Source: Betaproteobacteria bacterium
GTDB taxonomy: Bacteria > Pseudomonadota > Gammaproteobacteria > Burkholderiales > JACQAP01
Direction of reading: 5' to 3'
DNA: 62,959 bases
NCBI GenBank assembly: GCA_025351455.1
Contig: JANXVW010000137.1
Coordinates: forward strand, 1-62,959
This document shows, piece by piece, positions 1 through 9,190 of this stretch; positions within the stretch are counted from its first letter, which is position 1; each line of letters starts with the position of its first letter. The position numbers were made by a program, and so were the translations under genes. The notes below the pieces were generated by a model. The model did not search any database. It saw only the letters and a program-made list of their open reading frames with translations, and was not told the origin of the DNA.

Positions 1-279
1 CGAGTACAGTCCGGTATCGTGACCGTCGCTGAAGACCAGCTTGACCGCATAATGACCGACCGGTTCGATCGCGGTGATTTCCACTTCCTTTTTACCCTCT
101 TGCAGGACTTCCTGCCCGGGGCCGTGGCCGCGCACTTCCGCAGACGGCGAATACACGCGCAAATACTCGCAGGAAAGACGATAGGCCTTGCCGTCGTCGA
201 AACTGATATCGAGGACGCGCGATTTCTGATGCAGATTGATTTCGACGGGATGAGGCGTCCCGGGTTGGAGTCCTGCCAT
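1..279 (-). CDS. DUF971 (gamma-butyrobetaine hydroxylase-like N-terminal domain) protein; 3' end runs off the window
   Basis: My own minus-strand translation from the ATG at 279 gives MAGLQPGTPHPVEINLHQKSRVLDISFDDGKAYRLSCEYLRVYSPSAEVRGHGPGQEVLQEGKKEVEITAIEPVGHYAVKLVFSDGHDTGLYS, open to position 1. It is absent from the ORF track because it is truncated. The pattern is DUF971-like (EYLR..SPSAE, GHYA..L.FSDGH.TGLY). Confidence 0.6.
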   Translation of the reverse strand, partial: MAGLQPGTPHPVEINLHQKSRVLDISFDDGKAYRLSCEYLRVYSPSAEVRGHGPGQEVLQEGKKEVEITAIEPVGHYAVKLVFSDGHDTGLYS

Positions 280-381
280 GATTGCTGTCGGAAACGGGTG
301 TTTTCGGAATGAACAATGCGCGGTTGCGCCAGGCGCCATCATAGCCGCCAACGAGGTTCGCCGTCCCGAGGCCGTCACGCG

Positions 382-400
382 CTTGTAACATTTGCTTCAT
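382..400 (+). promoter_or_regulatory. Candidate Pho box upstream of phoB
   Basis: CTTGTAAC-ATTT-GCTTCAT is two loosely CTGTCAT-like heptamers separated by 4 A/T-rich nt, about 40 nt upstream of the phoB ATG. The match is degenerate. Confidence 0.3.
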
Positions 401-439
401 AGTATTGCAAACGTAAAAACCAGGCGGGTAACGTCATCC

Positions 440-1126
440 ATGGCAGCAACCATCCTCGTCGTCGAAGACGAACCGGCAATCCAGGAACTGATTGCCTACA
501 ACCTGAAGCAGGCGGGGCACCAGCCGTTACGCGCCGATAACGCGGAACAGGCGCTGATCCTGGTAGCCAATGCGCTGCCCGACCTGGTGTTGCTGGACTG
601 GATGCTGCCCGGCCTTTCGGGCATCGAATTGGCAAGGCGGCTGCGCGCCGACAAGCGCACGCGCGCGATTCCGATCATCATGCTGACCGCGCGCTCCGAC
701 GAGCAGGACAAGCTGCAAGGCCTCGAAACCGGCGCGGACGACTACATCACCAAACCGTTTTCGCCGCGCGAGTTGAATGCCCGCATCAAGGCCGTACTGC
801 GCCGGCGCGCCCCGGAAATGACAGACGACATGGTGCAACTCGGCGGTCTGAAGCTCGACCCGGCCAGTCATCGCGTCACCGGCAACGGCGAGCCGGTGGA
901 CCTGGGTCCGACCGAATTCCGGTTGCTGCACTTCCTGATGACGCACGCCGAGCGCGTTCACTCGCGCACGCAGTTGCTCGATCAGATCTGGGGCGACCAC
1001 GTGTTCGTCGAAGAACGCACAGTGGACGTGCACATCCGGCGCCTGCGCAAAGCCCTGGAACCCACCGAACTCGACGCACTGGTGCAGACGGTGCGCGGCA
1101 CCGGCTACCGTTTCTCCGCCAGCTGA
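440..1126 (+). CDS. phoB: Phosphate regulon response regulator PhoB (OmpR family)
   Basis: [18 protein letters not shown]...[12 protein letters not shown]...[20 protein letters not shown], with the winged-helix C-terminus ...[12 protein letters not shown]...[12 protein letters not shown] chose the internal ATG at 440 rather than the ORF-track start at 392. Confidence 0.95.
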   Translation: MAATILVVEDEPAIQELIAYNLKQAGHQPLRADNAEQALILVANALPDLVLLDWMLPGLSGIELARRLRADKRTRAIPIIMLTARSDEQDKLQGLETGADDYITKPFSPRELNARIKAVLRRRAPEMTDDMVQLGGLKLDPASHRVTGNGEPVDLGPTEFRLLHFLMTHAERVHSRTQLLDQIWGDHVFVEERTVDVHIRRLRKALEPTELDALVQTVRGTGYRFSAS

Positions 1127-1189
1127 ACCGGTTTTCGCAGGTTCGCCCGCGGTGGATTCTGCGATAATTCCCGCCTGCTCATTCCGGGG

Positions 1190-2530
1190 ATGCGACGCTT
1201 GAAGTCCATTTGGGGCAGGCCCCTTTCCACTGTCATCCTGATCGGCGTCATTGGGCTGGTTTCCTGGCCGTTGCTCGGCTCGAAGGGTGCGCTGCTGTTC
1301 CTCTGCCTGATGCTGCTCGGCTTGCTGCTGCATCATCTGCGCAATCTCTCCATGCTGTACCACTGGCTGCAGAACCCGCAATCACGCGGCATGCCCATGG
1401 GCTCGGGCGCATGGGAGTATCTGTCTTCCAACATGCTGAGGATGCTCAAGCGCCAGCGCGAGACGGAACAACGGCTCGGCGAGGCCTTGTCGGGCTTTCA
1501 GCTTGCCGGGGCGGCGTTGCCGGACGCCGTCGTCATCCTCGACAGCGCGGACCGCATCGAATGGTGCAATCCGAAAGCGGAAGATTATTTCGGCCTCGAC
1601 AACCAGCGCGACCGCGGCCAGCAGATCACTTACATCCTGCGCCAGCCGCAGTTCATCGAGCATCTGTCCTCGGATCATGCCGGTGAACCGCTTGTGCTGA
1701 AAATATCGCGGCCGGCCGGCGAGATGGTGCTGGCTGTGCAACAGGTGCCTTACGGCGACAGCCGCAAGCTGATCCTCGGCCGCGACATCACCCGCTGGGA
1801 GCGCCTTGAAACGACGCGGCGCGATTTCGTCGCCAATGTCTCGCACGAACTGCGCACGCCCCTGACCGTCGTTGGCGGTTTCCTGGAAACGCTGGAAGAC
1901 ATGGAAGTGCCGGATCCGGAGATGTCGAAGCGCGCGATCGAGCTGATGCGGCAGCAGACCAGTCGCATGACGCGGCTGGTGGAAGATCTGCTGACGTTGT
2001 CCCGGCTCGAGAGCACGCAGAACCCGTTGCGCGAGGAAGACGTCAACATCCCGGAAATGCTGCGCGCACTCCACCAGGATGCGCAGGTGTTGTCCGCCGG
2101 CCGCCATCGGATTCGCGTAACGCTGGAAAGCAGCGAATGGCTCAAAGGCAATACCGAAGAACTGCGCAGCGCATTCGGCAACCTCATCAGCAACGCCGTG
2201 CGCTACACACCGGAAAGCGGGGAAATCGAAATACGCTGGGAAGTCCGTGACGGCCATCCGGCGTTTGCCGTCCGCGACACCGGCATCGGCATCGAACCGC
2301 AGCACATCGACCGGCTGACCGAACGCTTTTACCGCGTGGACCGCAGCCGTTCGCGTGAAACCGGGGGGACCGGATTGGGCCTTGCGATCGTCAAGCACGT
2401 GCTTAATCGCCATCAGGCCTACCTTGACATTCAAAGTACGCCGGGCAGCGGCAGCACCTTCTGCGTCTTGTTTCCCGACACCCGCCGCCTGGCCGCCGGC
2501 AATACGCTGGCAGCGAAGGTATCTGCCTAG
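1190..2530 (+). CDS. phoR: Phosphate regulon sensor histidine kinase PhoR
   Basis: Two N-terminal TM segments, a PAS-like region, the H-box DFVANVSHELRTPLTV, and N/G boxes (NLISNAVRYT, DTGIGI, GGTGLGLAIVKH). It lies directly downstream of phoB. Confidence 0.9.
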   Translation: MRRLKSIWGRPLSTVILIGVIGLVSWPLLGSKGALLFLCLMLLGLLLHHLRNLSMLYHWLQNPQSRGMPMGSGAWEYLSSNMLRMLKRQRETEQRLGEALSGFQLAGAALPDAVVILDSADRIEWCNPKAEDYFGLDNQRDRGQQITYILRQPQFIEHLSSDHAGEPLVLKISRPAGEMVLAVQQVPYGDSRKLILGRDITRWERLETTRRDFVANVSHELRTPLTVVGGFLETLEDMEVPDPEMSKRAIELMRQQTSRMTRLVEDLLTLSRLESTQNPLREEDVNIPEMLRALHQDAQVLSAGRHRIRVTLESSEWLKGNTEELRSAFGNLISNAVRYTPESGEIEIRWEVRDGHPAFAVRDTGIGIEPQHIDRLTERFYRVDRSRSRETGGTGLGLAIVKHVLNRHQAYLDIQSTPGSGSTFCVLFPDTRRLAAGNTLAAKVSA

Positions 2531-2734
2531 TCCGGATATTTCACCAGGCCACCCCCAGTTGCTTGCAGGTGCGTCTGTGCCGGCAATCCCAAGGCCGTTT
2601 GGTTGGCGCCAGAATTGGATTTGGGGGCTACTCGGATTCTGGCCGGATTCTGGCGGGTTCTGGCCGGCCATATTGGGCATGCCCGTCTCGCCCAGTCCGC
2701 CGCCATAATTCCGCGTCCTGGTGAAATATCCGGG

Positions 2735-3175
2735 CTAGCTTCCTGCGGTAAGCAGTTGGTCGAGCCGCTGGCGCAGCGATCGATTGAATCCTGCCGGCAC
2801 CGGGCGCGCGTTCTCGCGCGCTTTGGCCGACCAGACTGAATTCGGAAAATGGGGATCGTCGGCGAATCGCGGGATAACGTGCCAGTGCAGGTGCGGCACG
2901 ACATTGCCAAAGCTGGCGAGATTGATTTTGGCCGGTGCCAGGAATTCGCGCAGCAATCCCTCCACTGTGTAGACAATGCGCATCACCTTCGCACGATCCG
3001 CCTCGGATAAGTCCGTCATCTCCTTCGCGTGCGCATTCAGAATGACCCGGCAAAATCCGGGATGATCCGCGTCGCCGACCAGCACGACGCGGGCAAAACC
3101 GTCACCCCAGAGGACTTCGCCGCCTGGCTGCATGCAAAGCACGCAGCCGGCGGCTGGTGATTGATCATTGGTCAT
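2735..3175 (-). CDS. HIT family hydrolase
   Basis: Histidine triad HLHWHVIPR, preceded by a CVLC motif; 146 aa. Confidence 0.85.
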   Translation of the reverse strand: MTNDQSPAAGCVLCMQPGGEVLWGDGFARVVLVGDADHPGFCRVILNAHAKEMTDLSEADRAKVMRIVYTVEGLLREFLAPAKINLASFGNVVPHLHWHVIPRFADDPHFPNSVWSAKARENARPVPAGFNRSLRQRLDQLLTAGS

Positions 3176-3277
3176 TGGTGACTGGTGACTGGTGACTGGT
3201 GTTAAAAATTAGATCCTCTCTTGAGAGTTGAATCGACGTCCGATATCCGACGAAGTCGGACACCAATTACCAATCAC
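3154..3277. repeat. Heptamer-array inverted element (TGGTGAC/TGGTGAT family)
   Basis: Positions 3154-3202 hold seven consecutive 7-mers: CTGGTGA TTGATCA TTGGTCA TTGGTGA CTGGTGA CTGGTGA CTGGTGT. Positions 3261-3277 hold CACCAATTACCAATCAC in the opposite orientation, and the same 17-mer recurs at 14007-14023. The left array overlaps the first codons of the HIT gene. Confidence 0.8.
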
Positions 3278-3285
3278 GGGGTTCT

Positions 3286-6200
3286 TCAGAGAAGAACCCT
3301 TTCGATGCCGCCGTTATTGGCTTTGGCGACATAGTCCGCCATCCAGTTCTCGCCTAGCACATGTTTGGCAATCTCCACCACGATGTAGTCCGCGGTGGTA
3401 CCGGAGTCATTGTCGTAGCGCGACAGGCCCTGCAGGCAGGACGGGCAGGAAGTGAGAATCTTCACATCGCCCTTGAATCCATCCGTGCGCAGATTGTCGG
3501 CGCCTTTGCGCATTTCCTCTTCCTTGCGGAAACGCACCTGCGTGGAAATGTCGGGTCGTGTGACGGCCAGTGTGCCGGATTCTCCACAGCAACGATCGTT
3601 CAGCGTCACTTCCGTTCCCATCAGCTTGGTGACCACCTTCAGCGGCTGATAAGTCTTCATCGGCGTGTGGCAGGGATCGTGGTACATGTAGCGCACGCCG
3701 GTCACGCCTTCGAGGCGTACGTTTTTCTCCAGCAGGTATTCATGGATGTCGAGCAGCCGGCAGCCGGGGAAAATCTTGTCGAATTCGTATTTCTGCAATT
3801 GGTCCATGCAGGTTCCGCAGGACACCACCACCGTCTTGATGTCGAGGTAGTTCAGCGTATTGGCCACACGGTGAAACAGCACGCGGTTGTCGGTGCTGAT
3901 CTTCTGTCCTTTTTCCGCTTCACCAGCGGAAGTCTGCGGATAACCGCAGCACAGGTAACCGGGCGGCAACACGGTGATGGCGCCGACTTCGTACAACATG
4001 GCCTGGGTCGCGAGTCCCACCTGGCCGAACAGGCGCTCGCTGCCACAGCCCGGAAAATAGAAAACCGCGTCCGAATCTTCGTTCACTTTTTTCGGATCGC
4101 GGATCACCGGCACCATGCGGTTGTCTTCGATATCCAGCAACGCGCGCGAGGTCTTCTTCGGCAACCCGCCCGGCATCGGCTTGTTGATGATGTGGATCAC
4201 CTGCGCCTTGATCGACGGTTTGCCGAGCGTGGCCGGCGGATGCTTCACCTGCTCCTGAATCAGGCCCAGAGATTTCCCCGCGCGATAAGCCAGGCGCTGC
4301 GCGCGGAAGCCCCACTCGATCATGATTTTGCGGGTGACCTTGATGGTGTTCGGGTCGGTCGCGTTCAGGAACAGCATGGACGCGGCGGTGCCGGGATTGA
4401 ATTTCTTCTTGTTCTGGCGGCGCAGGAAATTGCGCATCGCGATCGATACGTCGCCGAAGTCGATGTCTACCGGACAGGGATTGAGGCACTTGTGGCAGAC
4501 CGTGCAATGATCGGCGACGTCGGAAAATTCGTCGAAGTGCCTGAGCGAGACCCCTCGGCGGGTCTGCTCCTCGTATAGAAAAGCCTCGATGAGCAGCGAC
4601 GTGGCGAGGATCTTGTTGCGCGGCGAATACAGCAGGTTCGCGCGCGGCACGTGGGTCGCGCACACCGGCTTGCACTTGCCGCAACGCAGGCAATCCTTGA
4701 TCGAATCGGAAATCTCGCCGATCGCGCTCTGCTCCAGGATCAGGCTCTCCAGTTCCAGCAGGTTGAAGCTGGGCGTGTAGGCGTTGTCGAGATTGGCGCC
4801 GGCCAGCAATTTACCCCGGTTGAAGCGCCCTTCGGGGTCCACGCGCTTCTTGTACCGCGCAAAGCTGTCCATTTCCTGCGGCTCGAGGTATTCCAATTTG
4901 GTAATGCCAATGCCGTGCTCGCCGGAGATCACACCGTTCAATGCCCGCGCCAGCTTCATGATGCGCGCAACGGCGACATTGGCTTCGTGCAGCATCGCGT
5001 AGTCGTCCGAATTGACCGGAATATTGGTATGCACGTTGCCGTCCCCGGCGTGCATGTGCAACGCCACGAACAACCGGCTTTTCAGGATGCGTTTGTGGAT
5101 GGCATTGATTTCAGCGCGGATCGGATCGAACGCGCGACCGTCGAAAATCTGCATCAGCGGCACGCATACCTCTGTCTTCCAGGACACACGAAGTGCATGG
5201 CTTTGAAGAGCGTGAAAAACCGTCGAGTTCGAGGTTTCTCCCTCACCCCTCGCCCCTCGCCCCTCACCCCTCGCATCGAGATCGCCAATCGGCGCATCGA
5301 GATTTTCGAGCATCCACTGCCACCGCTCTCGCGTCGAGCGCACCAGTTCGGTCGCGTTGGCCGGCCGGCCGCCGAGCACGTCGCCCTGCGGCAGCTTTTC
5401 GGCCTCCTGGTGCACGCGCAGCTCGCCTTGCAGCAATTCCTCCATCGCATCGAGCAGGCGGATCTTGTTCTTCAACGACAGTTCAATGTTGATGCGCTCG
5501 ATGCCGTCGGAGTAATCGCCGAGGCGATCGAGCGGAATGACCACGTCTTCGTTGATCTTGAAAGCGTTGGTGTGCCTGGCGATCGCGGCCGTGCGCGAGC
5601 GGTCGAGCCAGAACTGTTTGCGCGCTTCCGCCGAAACCGCAATGAAGCCCTCGCCGCCACGGGCGTTGGCAATCCGCACCACGGCGGAGGCGGCTTCGCC
5701 GACCGCCCTGTCGTCCTCGCCGACGATATCGGCGAGCAATACCATCTTCGGCCGGCCGCCGCGCTTGGCTTTGGTGGCATAGCCGACGGCCTTCACATAG
5801 CGCTCGTCGAGGTGCTCCAGTCCGGCGAGCGTCGCGCCGCCGGGACGGCGGTCGAGGAACGCCTTGATTTCCACGATCGAGGGCACGGAGTGGGCAACCT
5901 GGCCGTAGAACTCCAGGCAGACGGTGCGCGTATGCGCCGGCATCTTGTGCAGGATGAAGCGCGCCGACGTGATGATGCCGTCGCAACCTTCCTTCTGCAC
6001 GCCGGGCAGGCCGGCGAGAAATTTATCGGTGACATCCTTACCCAGGCCTTCCTTGCGAAACTGGCGTCCGGGCACTTCGAGGATTTCGGGTTCGCCTTGC
6101 GGCATCCTGCCGTCGCGGCCGAAGCGCGTGATGCGGAAGCGCGCCAGTTCCTGATCGTGGATTTTGCCGAGGTTGTGGTCGATGCGTTCGACCAGCATCC

Positions 6201-7182
6201 ACTCCGCCTGCGGCGTCACCATTCGCCACGAGGCAAGATTGTCGATCGCCGTACCCCACAGCACCGCTTTCTTGCCACCCGCGTTCATGGCGACGTTGCC
6301 GCCGATACACGACGCATCCGCCGAAGTCGGGTCGACGGCGAATACGCGGCCGGCGGCGTCTGCCGTTTCCATGACGCGGCGGGTGACCACGCCGGCGCCG
6401 CAGTGGATAGTCGGCACCGGTTCCGGCAATCCCGGCAGGGGCGTCATTTCCACGCCGCTCAGGGTTTCCAGTTTCTCGGTGTTGATGACCGCGGACAGTT
6501 TATCGAGCGGAATCGCGCCGCCGGTGTAGCCGGTACCGCCGCCGCGCGGAATGATGGTCAGCCCGAGCTCGATGCAGGCCTGCACCATGGGCTGCACTTC
6601 TTCTTCGGTGTCGGGATAGAGCACGACGAAAGGATATTCGACGCGCCAGTCGGTCGCATCGGTTACGTGCGACACGCGCGCCAGGCCGTCGAAAGCGACG
6701 TTGTCGCGGCGGGTGATGCGCGTAAACCGGCGCAAAGCCTTGCGCCGCAGCTTCGTGGTTTCCTCGAAGTCGCGCTCGAAATCGTCCACCGCCTGGTGCG
6801 CCGAGGCGAGCAACTGGGCGACTTTGTCGGTTACGTTGCCGGCCTCTTCGCCTTCGCCACTGTCCGGCCCGGTCCGGCGCAGTTCGATTTGATGCAGGCG
6901 ATGGCGCAATGCTTCGACCAGCGCGGTGCGGCGCCGTGGATTGTCCAGCATGTCGTCCTGCAGGTAGGGGTTGCGATCGACGACCCAGATGTCGCCCAGC
7001 ACTTCATAGAGCATGCGCGCCGAACGGCCGGTGCGGCGCTGGCTGCGCAGCTCGTCGAGCCTCTGCCACATCGGCGCGCCGAGCAGGCGGATCACGATTT
7101 CGCGATCGGAGAACGACGTGTAGTTGTAGGGGATCTCGCGAAGCCGGATGCCGGTGGAAGCAAAGGGGGGAATCGGTTGCAT
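3286..7182 (-). CDS. Large DUF3683 / FAD-linked oxidase (GlcD-like) / 4Fe-4S plus CCG-domain (GlcF-like) fusion oxidoreductase
   Basis: 1298 aa. The N-terminus has [17 protein letters not shown] (DUF3683-like). A FAD-binding PCMH region follows ([14 protein letters not shown]). Two ferredoxin-type clusters are present ([14 protein letters not shown]; [14 protein letters not shown]). The C-terminus has CCG-type motifs ([15 protein letters not shown]). Confidence 0.85.
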   Translation of the reverse strand: MQPIPPFASTGIRLREIPYNYTSFSDREIVIRLLGAPMWQRLDELRSQRRTGRSARMLYEVLGDIWVVDRNPYLQDDMLDNPRRRTALVEALRHRLHQIELRRTGPDSGEGEEAGNVTDKVAQLLASAHQAVDDFERDFEETTKLRRKALRRFTRITRRDNVAFDGLARVSHVTDATDWRVEYPFVVLYPDTEEEVQPMVQACIELGLTIIPRGGGTGYTGGAIPLDKLSAVINTEKLETLSGVEMTPLPGLPEPVPTIHCGAGVVTRRVMETADAAGRVFAVDPTSADASCIGGNVAMNAGGKKAVLWGTAIDNLASWRMVTPQAEWMLVERIDHNLGKIHDQELARFRITRFGRDGRMPQGEPEILEVPGRQFRKEGLGKDVTDKFLAGLPGVQKEGCDGIITSARFILHKMPAHTRTVCLEFYGQVAHSVPSIVEIKAFLDRRPGGATLAGLEHLDERYVKAVGYATKAKRGGRPKMVLLADIVGEDDRAVGEAASAVVRIANARGGEGFIAVSAEARKQFWLDRSRTAAIARHTNAFKINEDVVIPLDRLGDYSDGIERINIELSLKNKIRLLDAMEELLQGELRVHQEAEKLPQGDVLGGRPANATELVRSTRERWQWMLENLDAPIGDLDARGEGRGARGEGETSNSTVFHALQSHALRVSWKTEVCVPLMQIFDGRAFDPIRAEINAIHKRILKSRLFVALHMHAGDGNVHTNIPVNSDDYAMLHEANVAVARIMKLARALNGVISGEHGIGITKLEYLEPQEMDSFARYKKRVDPEGRFNRGKLLAGANLDNAYTPSFNLLELESLILEQSAIGEISDSIKDCLRCGKCKPVCATHVPRANLLYSPRNKILATSLLIEAFLYEEQTRRGVSLRHFDEFSDVADHCTVCHKCLNPCPVDIDFGDVSIAMRNFLRRQNKKKFNPGTAASMLFLNATDPNTIKVTRKIMIEWGFRAQRLAYRAGKSLGLIQEQVKHPPATLGKPSIKAQVIHIINKPMPGGLPKKTSRALLDIEDNRMVPVIRDPKKVNEDSDAVFYFPGCGSERLFGQVGLATQAMLYEVGAITVLPPGYLCCGYPQTSAGEAEKGQKISTDNRVLFHRVANTLNYLDIKTVVVSCGTCMDQLQKYEFDKIFPGCRLLDIHEYLLEKNVRLEGVTGVRYMYHDPCHTPMKTYQPLKVVTKLMGTEVTLNDRCCGESGTLAVTRPDISTQVRFRKEEEMRKGADNLRTDGFKGDVKILTSCPSCLQGLSRYDNDSGTTADYIVVEIAKHVLGENWMADYVAKANNGGIERVLL
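5238..5274. repeat. Heptamer array (CACCCCT/CGCCCCT) inside the oxidoreductase CDS
   Basis: ctccct CACCCCT CGCCCCT CGCCCCT CACCCCT cgc on the plus strand. It encodes [11 protein letters not shown] in the minus-strand reading frame, and the gene stays open through it. Confidence 0.8.
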
Positions 7183-7212
7183 CTGTTTAGGACTTCAGGA
7201 CGGGAAAAGAAT

Positions 7213-7242
7213 TCTACCGCGACGCATCATTCTCTACCGCGA
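7213..7242. promoter_or_regulatory. 10-bp direct repeat (TCTACCGCGA x2, 20-bp period) upstream of the oxidoreductase gene
   Basis: Exact TCTACCGCGA at 7213-7222 and 7233-7242, in the 63-bp spacer between the yqaA stop and the oxidoreductase start. Any function is purely conjectural. Confidence 0.2.
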
Positions 7243-7245
7243 AGT

Positions 7246-7644
7246 TCACGCTACCAGCCGACCGATAAGATAGTAGCGACCGAATTTACCCAGTGCCATG
7301 AACAGCACCGACCCCCAGATACTGAGCCTCAACCACCCGGCAGCAACGCACAACGCGTCGCCGATGATCGGCACCCAGGACAGCAGCAGGACCGGGGCGC
7401 CCCAGCGCCGCGCCCATTCCAGCGCGCGCCCGCCAAGTTTGCGATCGGGCACAAGGCGGCCCACCAGATAGGAAGTCGAACCGCCGAGCGTATTGCCCAG
7501 TGTCGCTACGGCAAGCGCCGGCCAAAGACCGGCCGTGCCGCTGGAAAGCACGCCAGCGAAAACGAACTCGGAACCACCGGGAAGCAGCGTCGCCGCCAGA
7601 AAACTGCTCAGGAACAGCGCGCCAAGGCCGACGGATTCGTTCAA
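7246..7644 (-). CDS. YqaA-family (DedA/SNARE-associated-like) inner membrane protein
   Basis: 132 aa and hydrophobic: LFLSSFLAATLLPGGSEFVFAG...WGAPVLLLSWVPIIGDALCVAAGWLRL. Confidence 0.75.
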   Translation of the reverse strand: MNESVGLGALFLSSFLAATLLPGGSEFVFAGVLSSGTAGLWPALAVATLGNTLGGSTSYLVGRLVPDRKLGGRALEWARRWGAPVLLLSWVPIIGDALCVAAGWLRLSIWGSVLFMALGKFGRYYLIGRLVA

Positions 7645-8131
7645 TTGGACGGTGGAACCATCGGTTACGACGGAAGGGTGACGCGGCTAGGAGGAAGGCT
7701 TGATCCTCAAACTCACGCCTCTTGTTCAATCACTTAGCACCAACCAAAGCTACCGCCGTGAAGCACTTCAAGCGACACTAAGACGCATAATATCGAAATC
7801 CCGCATTTCGCGTGCAGCGGCGACTTGGTCACGAAACAATGCGATCGTTATACTTCAGAATCCTTGAACGTTAACGGCGTTCGAAGTTAAAGTGTTCAGA
7901 AACGGACGGATGAGGATTTGGATTTTTTCCGTAGCGCACTTATGACTGGGGTGATCGCCGCGTCCGCTTACTCTATGTGTGTGGAAGAGCCGCTCGCTAT
8001 ACGTTCGTCACAATCTCTATTCGGTCAGCGCCTGCTAGATTCCTAATACCGCTCCGCGCGCTCACGCTAACCGAGCGAAGTTCCGCGGCAATAGGCAACT
8101 TTCCCTTGTTAAAGTGCCGAGCAGGTCCAAT

Positions 8132-8140
8132 TGATATAAT
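8132..8140 (+). promoter_or_regulatory. Candidate extended -10 promoter (TGATATAAT) for the island cassette
   Basis: An exact TGnTATAAT lies 35 nt upstream of the ATG at 8176, in an A/T-rich leader. No good -35 was found. Confidence 0.35.
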
Positions 8141-8175
8141 CGCAGAATCGAGCCTGAACTGACGGCTCTGGTCTA

Positions 8176-8961
8176 ATGCGGTGGCAAACAGTGCATTACC
8201 AAAAAAACTACCTCTCCAACGTTGTGCTTCGCCTCGATTTTGAGCCAGTCCAAGCGCTGCGTCAGATCACCAAGGTAGACACTAAACCTGAATTTTCAGC
8301 CCGTGTTGCGGATATCTATCCGTTCGTCGTAGGCCAGCCGACAGCCAACCTTAGCGTTGTGATTGGTCCCACCGGAAGCGGCATCAATCAGCAAATAACT
8401 GGCGTCCAATGGAATCATCGGACCGAAGAGAACGGAACACGGGCAATTGCACTCGCATCTGATTTTCTGAGTGTCGAATACGGAAAAGAAGACTACGACC
8501 ATTTCCCGCCATTCCGAGCGGAGGTTGAGACGGCATTAAAAGCCCTTGAGGAACTGTACGACATTACCCACTTCACTAGGATTGGGCTACGCTATATCAA
8601 CGAGATTAGTATTCCGGAAGGTAATGCATTGGACTGGCAAGGAATAATTTCCGCGCCCCTCATAGCGGCAGTTATGGCAGGTAAAGAAGCCGACGCGAGT
8701 GTCGTTCGGTCAATGCATCAACTGCATGAGAGACGAGACGACTGCGACATGATCTTCAACTACGGCCTCCACAATCCAGATTTTCCGAATTCCCTTGTTC
8801 GGAGAGCCTTCATCTTAGATTACGATTGCTCAAAGTCTGCGGTAGAAGCGGGACAGGCATTACAAACAATTAACGGACTGAATAAATTTTGTGAAGGCAT
8901 GTTCGAACGCAGCATCGACGGCGAATTGCGAAACAAACTTGGAGTAATACCCAATGGCTAA
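8176..8961 (+). CDS. TIGR04255-like uncharacterised protein (island gene A)
   Basis: 261 aa. The N-terminal Y.KNYL..VVLRLDF and the central RIGLRYIN motif match my memory of the TIGR04255 family. No catalytic motif was recognised. The SD is weak. Confidence 0.7.
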   Translation: MRWQTVHYQKNYLSNVVLRLDFEPVQALRQITKVDTKPEFSARVADIYPFVVGQPTANLSVVIGPTGSGINQQITGVQWNHRTEENGTRAIALASDFLSVEYGKEDYDHFPPFRAEVETALKALEELYDITHFTRIGLRYINEISIPEGNALDWQGIISAPLIAAVMAGKEADASVVRSMHQLHERRDDCDMIFNYGLHNPDFPNSLVRRAFILDYDCSKSAVEAGQALQTINGLNKFCEGMFERSIDGELRNKLGVIPNG

Positions 8962-9190
8962 TAAAATGATAATCGCGACAACGGCAAATTCGACATCGGC
9001 GATTGCAACCCGTGACAAAGCCTACTTCACGCAATCGCCAACAAGGGAAACCGCAAATCCCCGCACTCCCACAGTTCTAGCCGCGACCAAAACTACGGTG
9101 GCCACGACGAAAACGATTGAAGCGGCTGACCCTTACCGTCAAAGCGCCCACAAGGTCGTTGTGAAACGGTATGCCGTTAATCGCGGGTAG
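8954..9190 (+). CDS. Small Thr/Ala-rich hypothetical protein (island gene B)
   Basis: 78 aa. Its ATG overlaps the gene A stop (ATGGCTAA). GGAG at 8941-8944 lies 9 nt upstream of the ATG. The 3' end overlaps gene C by 20 nt. The sequence is low-complexity, so it is uncertain whether this region is coding at all. Confidence 0.35.
   Translation: MANKMIIATTANSTSAIATRDKAYFTQSPTRETANPRTPTVLAATKTTVATTKTIEAADPYRQSAHKVVVKRYAVNRG

Noticed and set aside
392-439. N-terminal extensions of phoB, and likewise of mreB, gatC, prk, atpC, the M20 gene, the MdcD/E fusion and the EVE gene, in the ORF track
   Set aside because: The conserved protein N-termini begin at internal ATGs. The extensions lack homology-like sequence and often overlap upstream genes or spacers.
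4651-7737. 1028-aa plus-strand ORF
   Set aside because: It is entirely antisense to the well-supported oxidoreductase and yqaA genes. Its composition is Arg/Ala/Gly/His-rich, typical of high-GC shadow ORFs, and it has no recognisable motifs.
7977-8162. 61-aa ORF in the island leader, and the 65-aa ORF at 12752-12949
   Set aside because: Neither has an RBS, and the sequences look arbitrary. The first overlaps the putative promoter. The second lies in the IS30 flank.
7650-8175. attL-type direct repeat of the tRNA-Arg 3' half at the distal island border
   Set aside because: Only a TTCGAA hexamer (about 7879-7884) and a 7-nt CACTTAG coincidence were found, which is not significant.
8962-9170. 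Possible type III (ToxI-like) antitoxin RNA repeats upstream of gene C
   Set aside because: I found only loose A/C-rich similarity between segments and no exact tandem repeats of 30-40 nt. Gene C also does not resemble ToxN/AbiQ. I kept this only as an alternative in the gene B finding.
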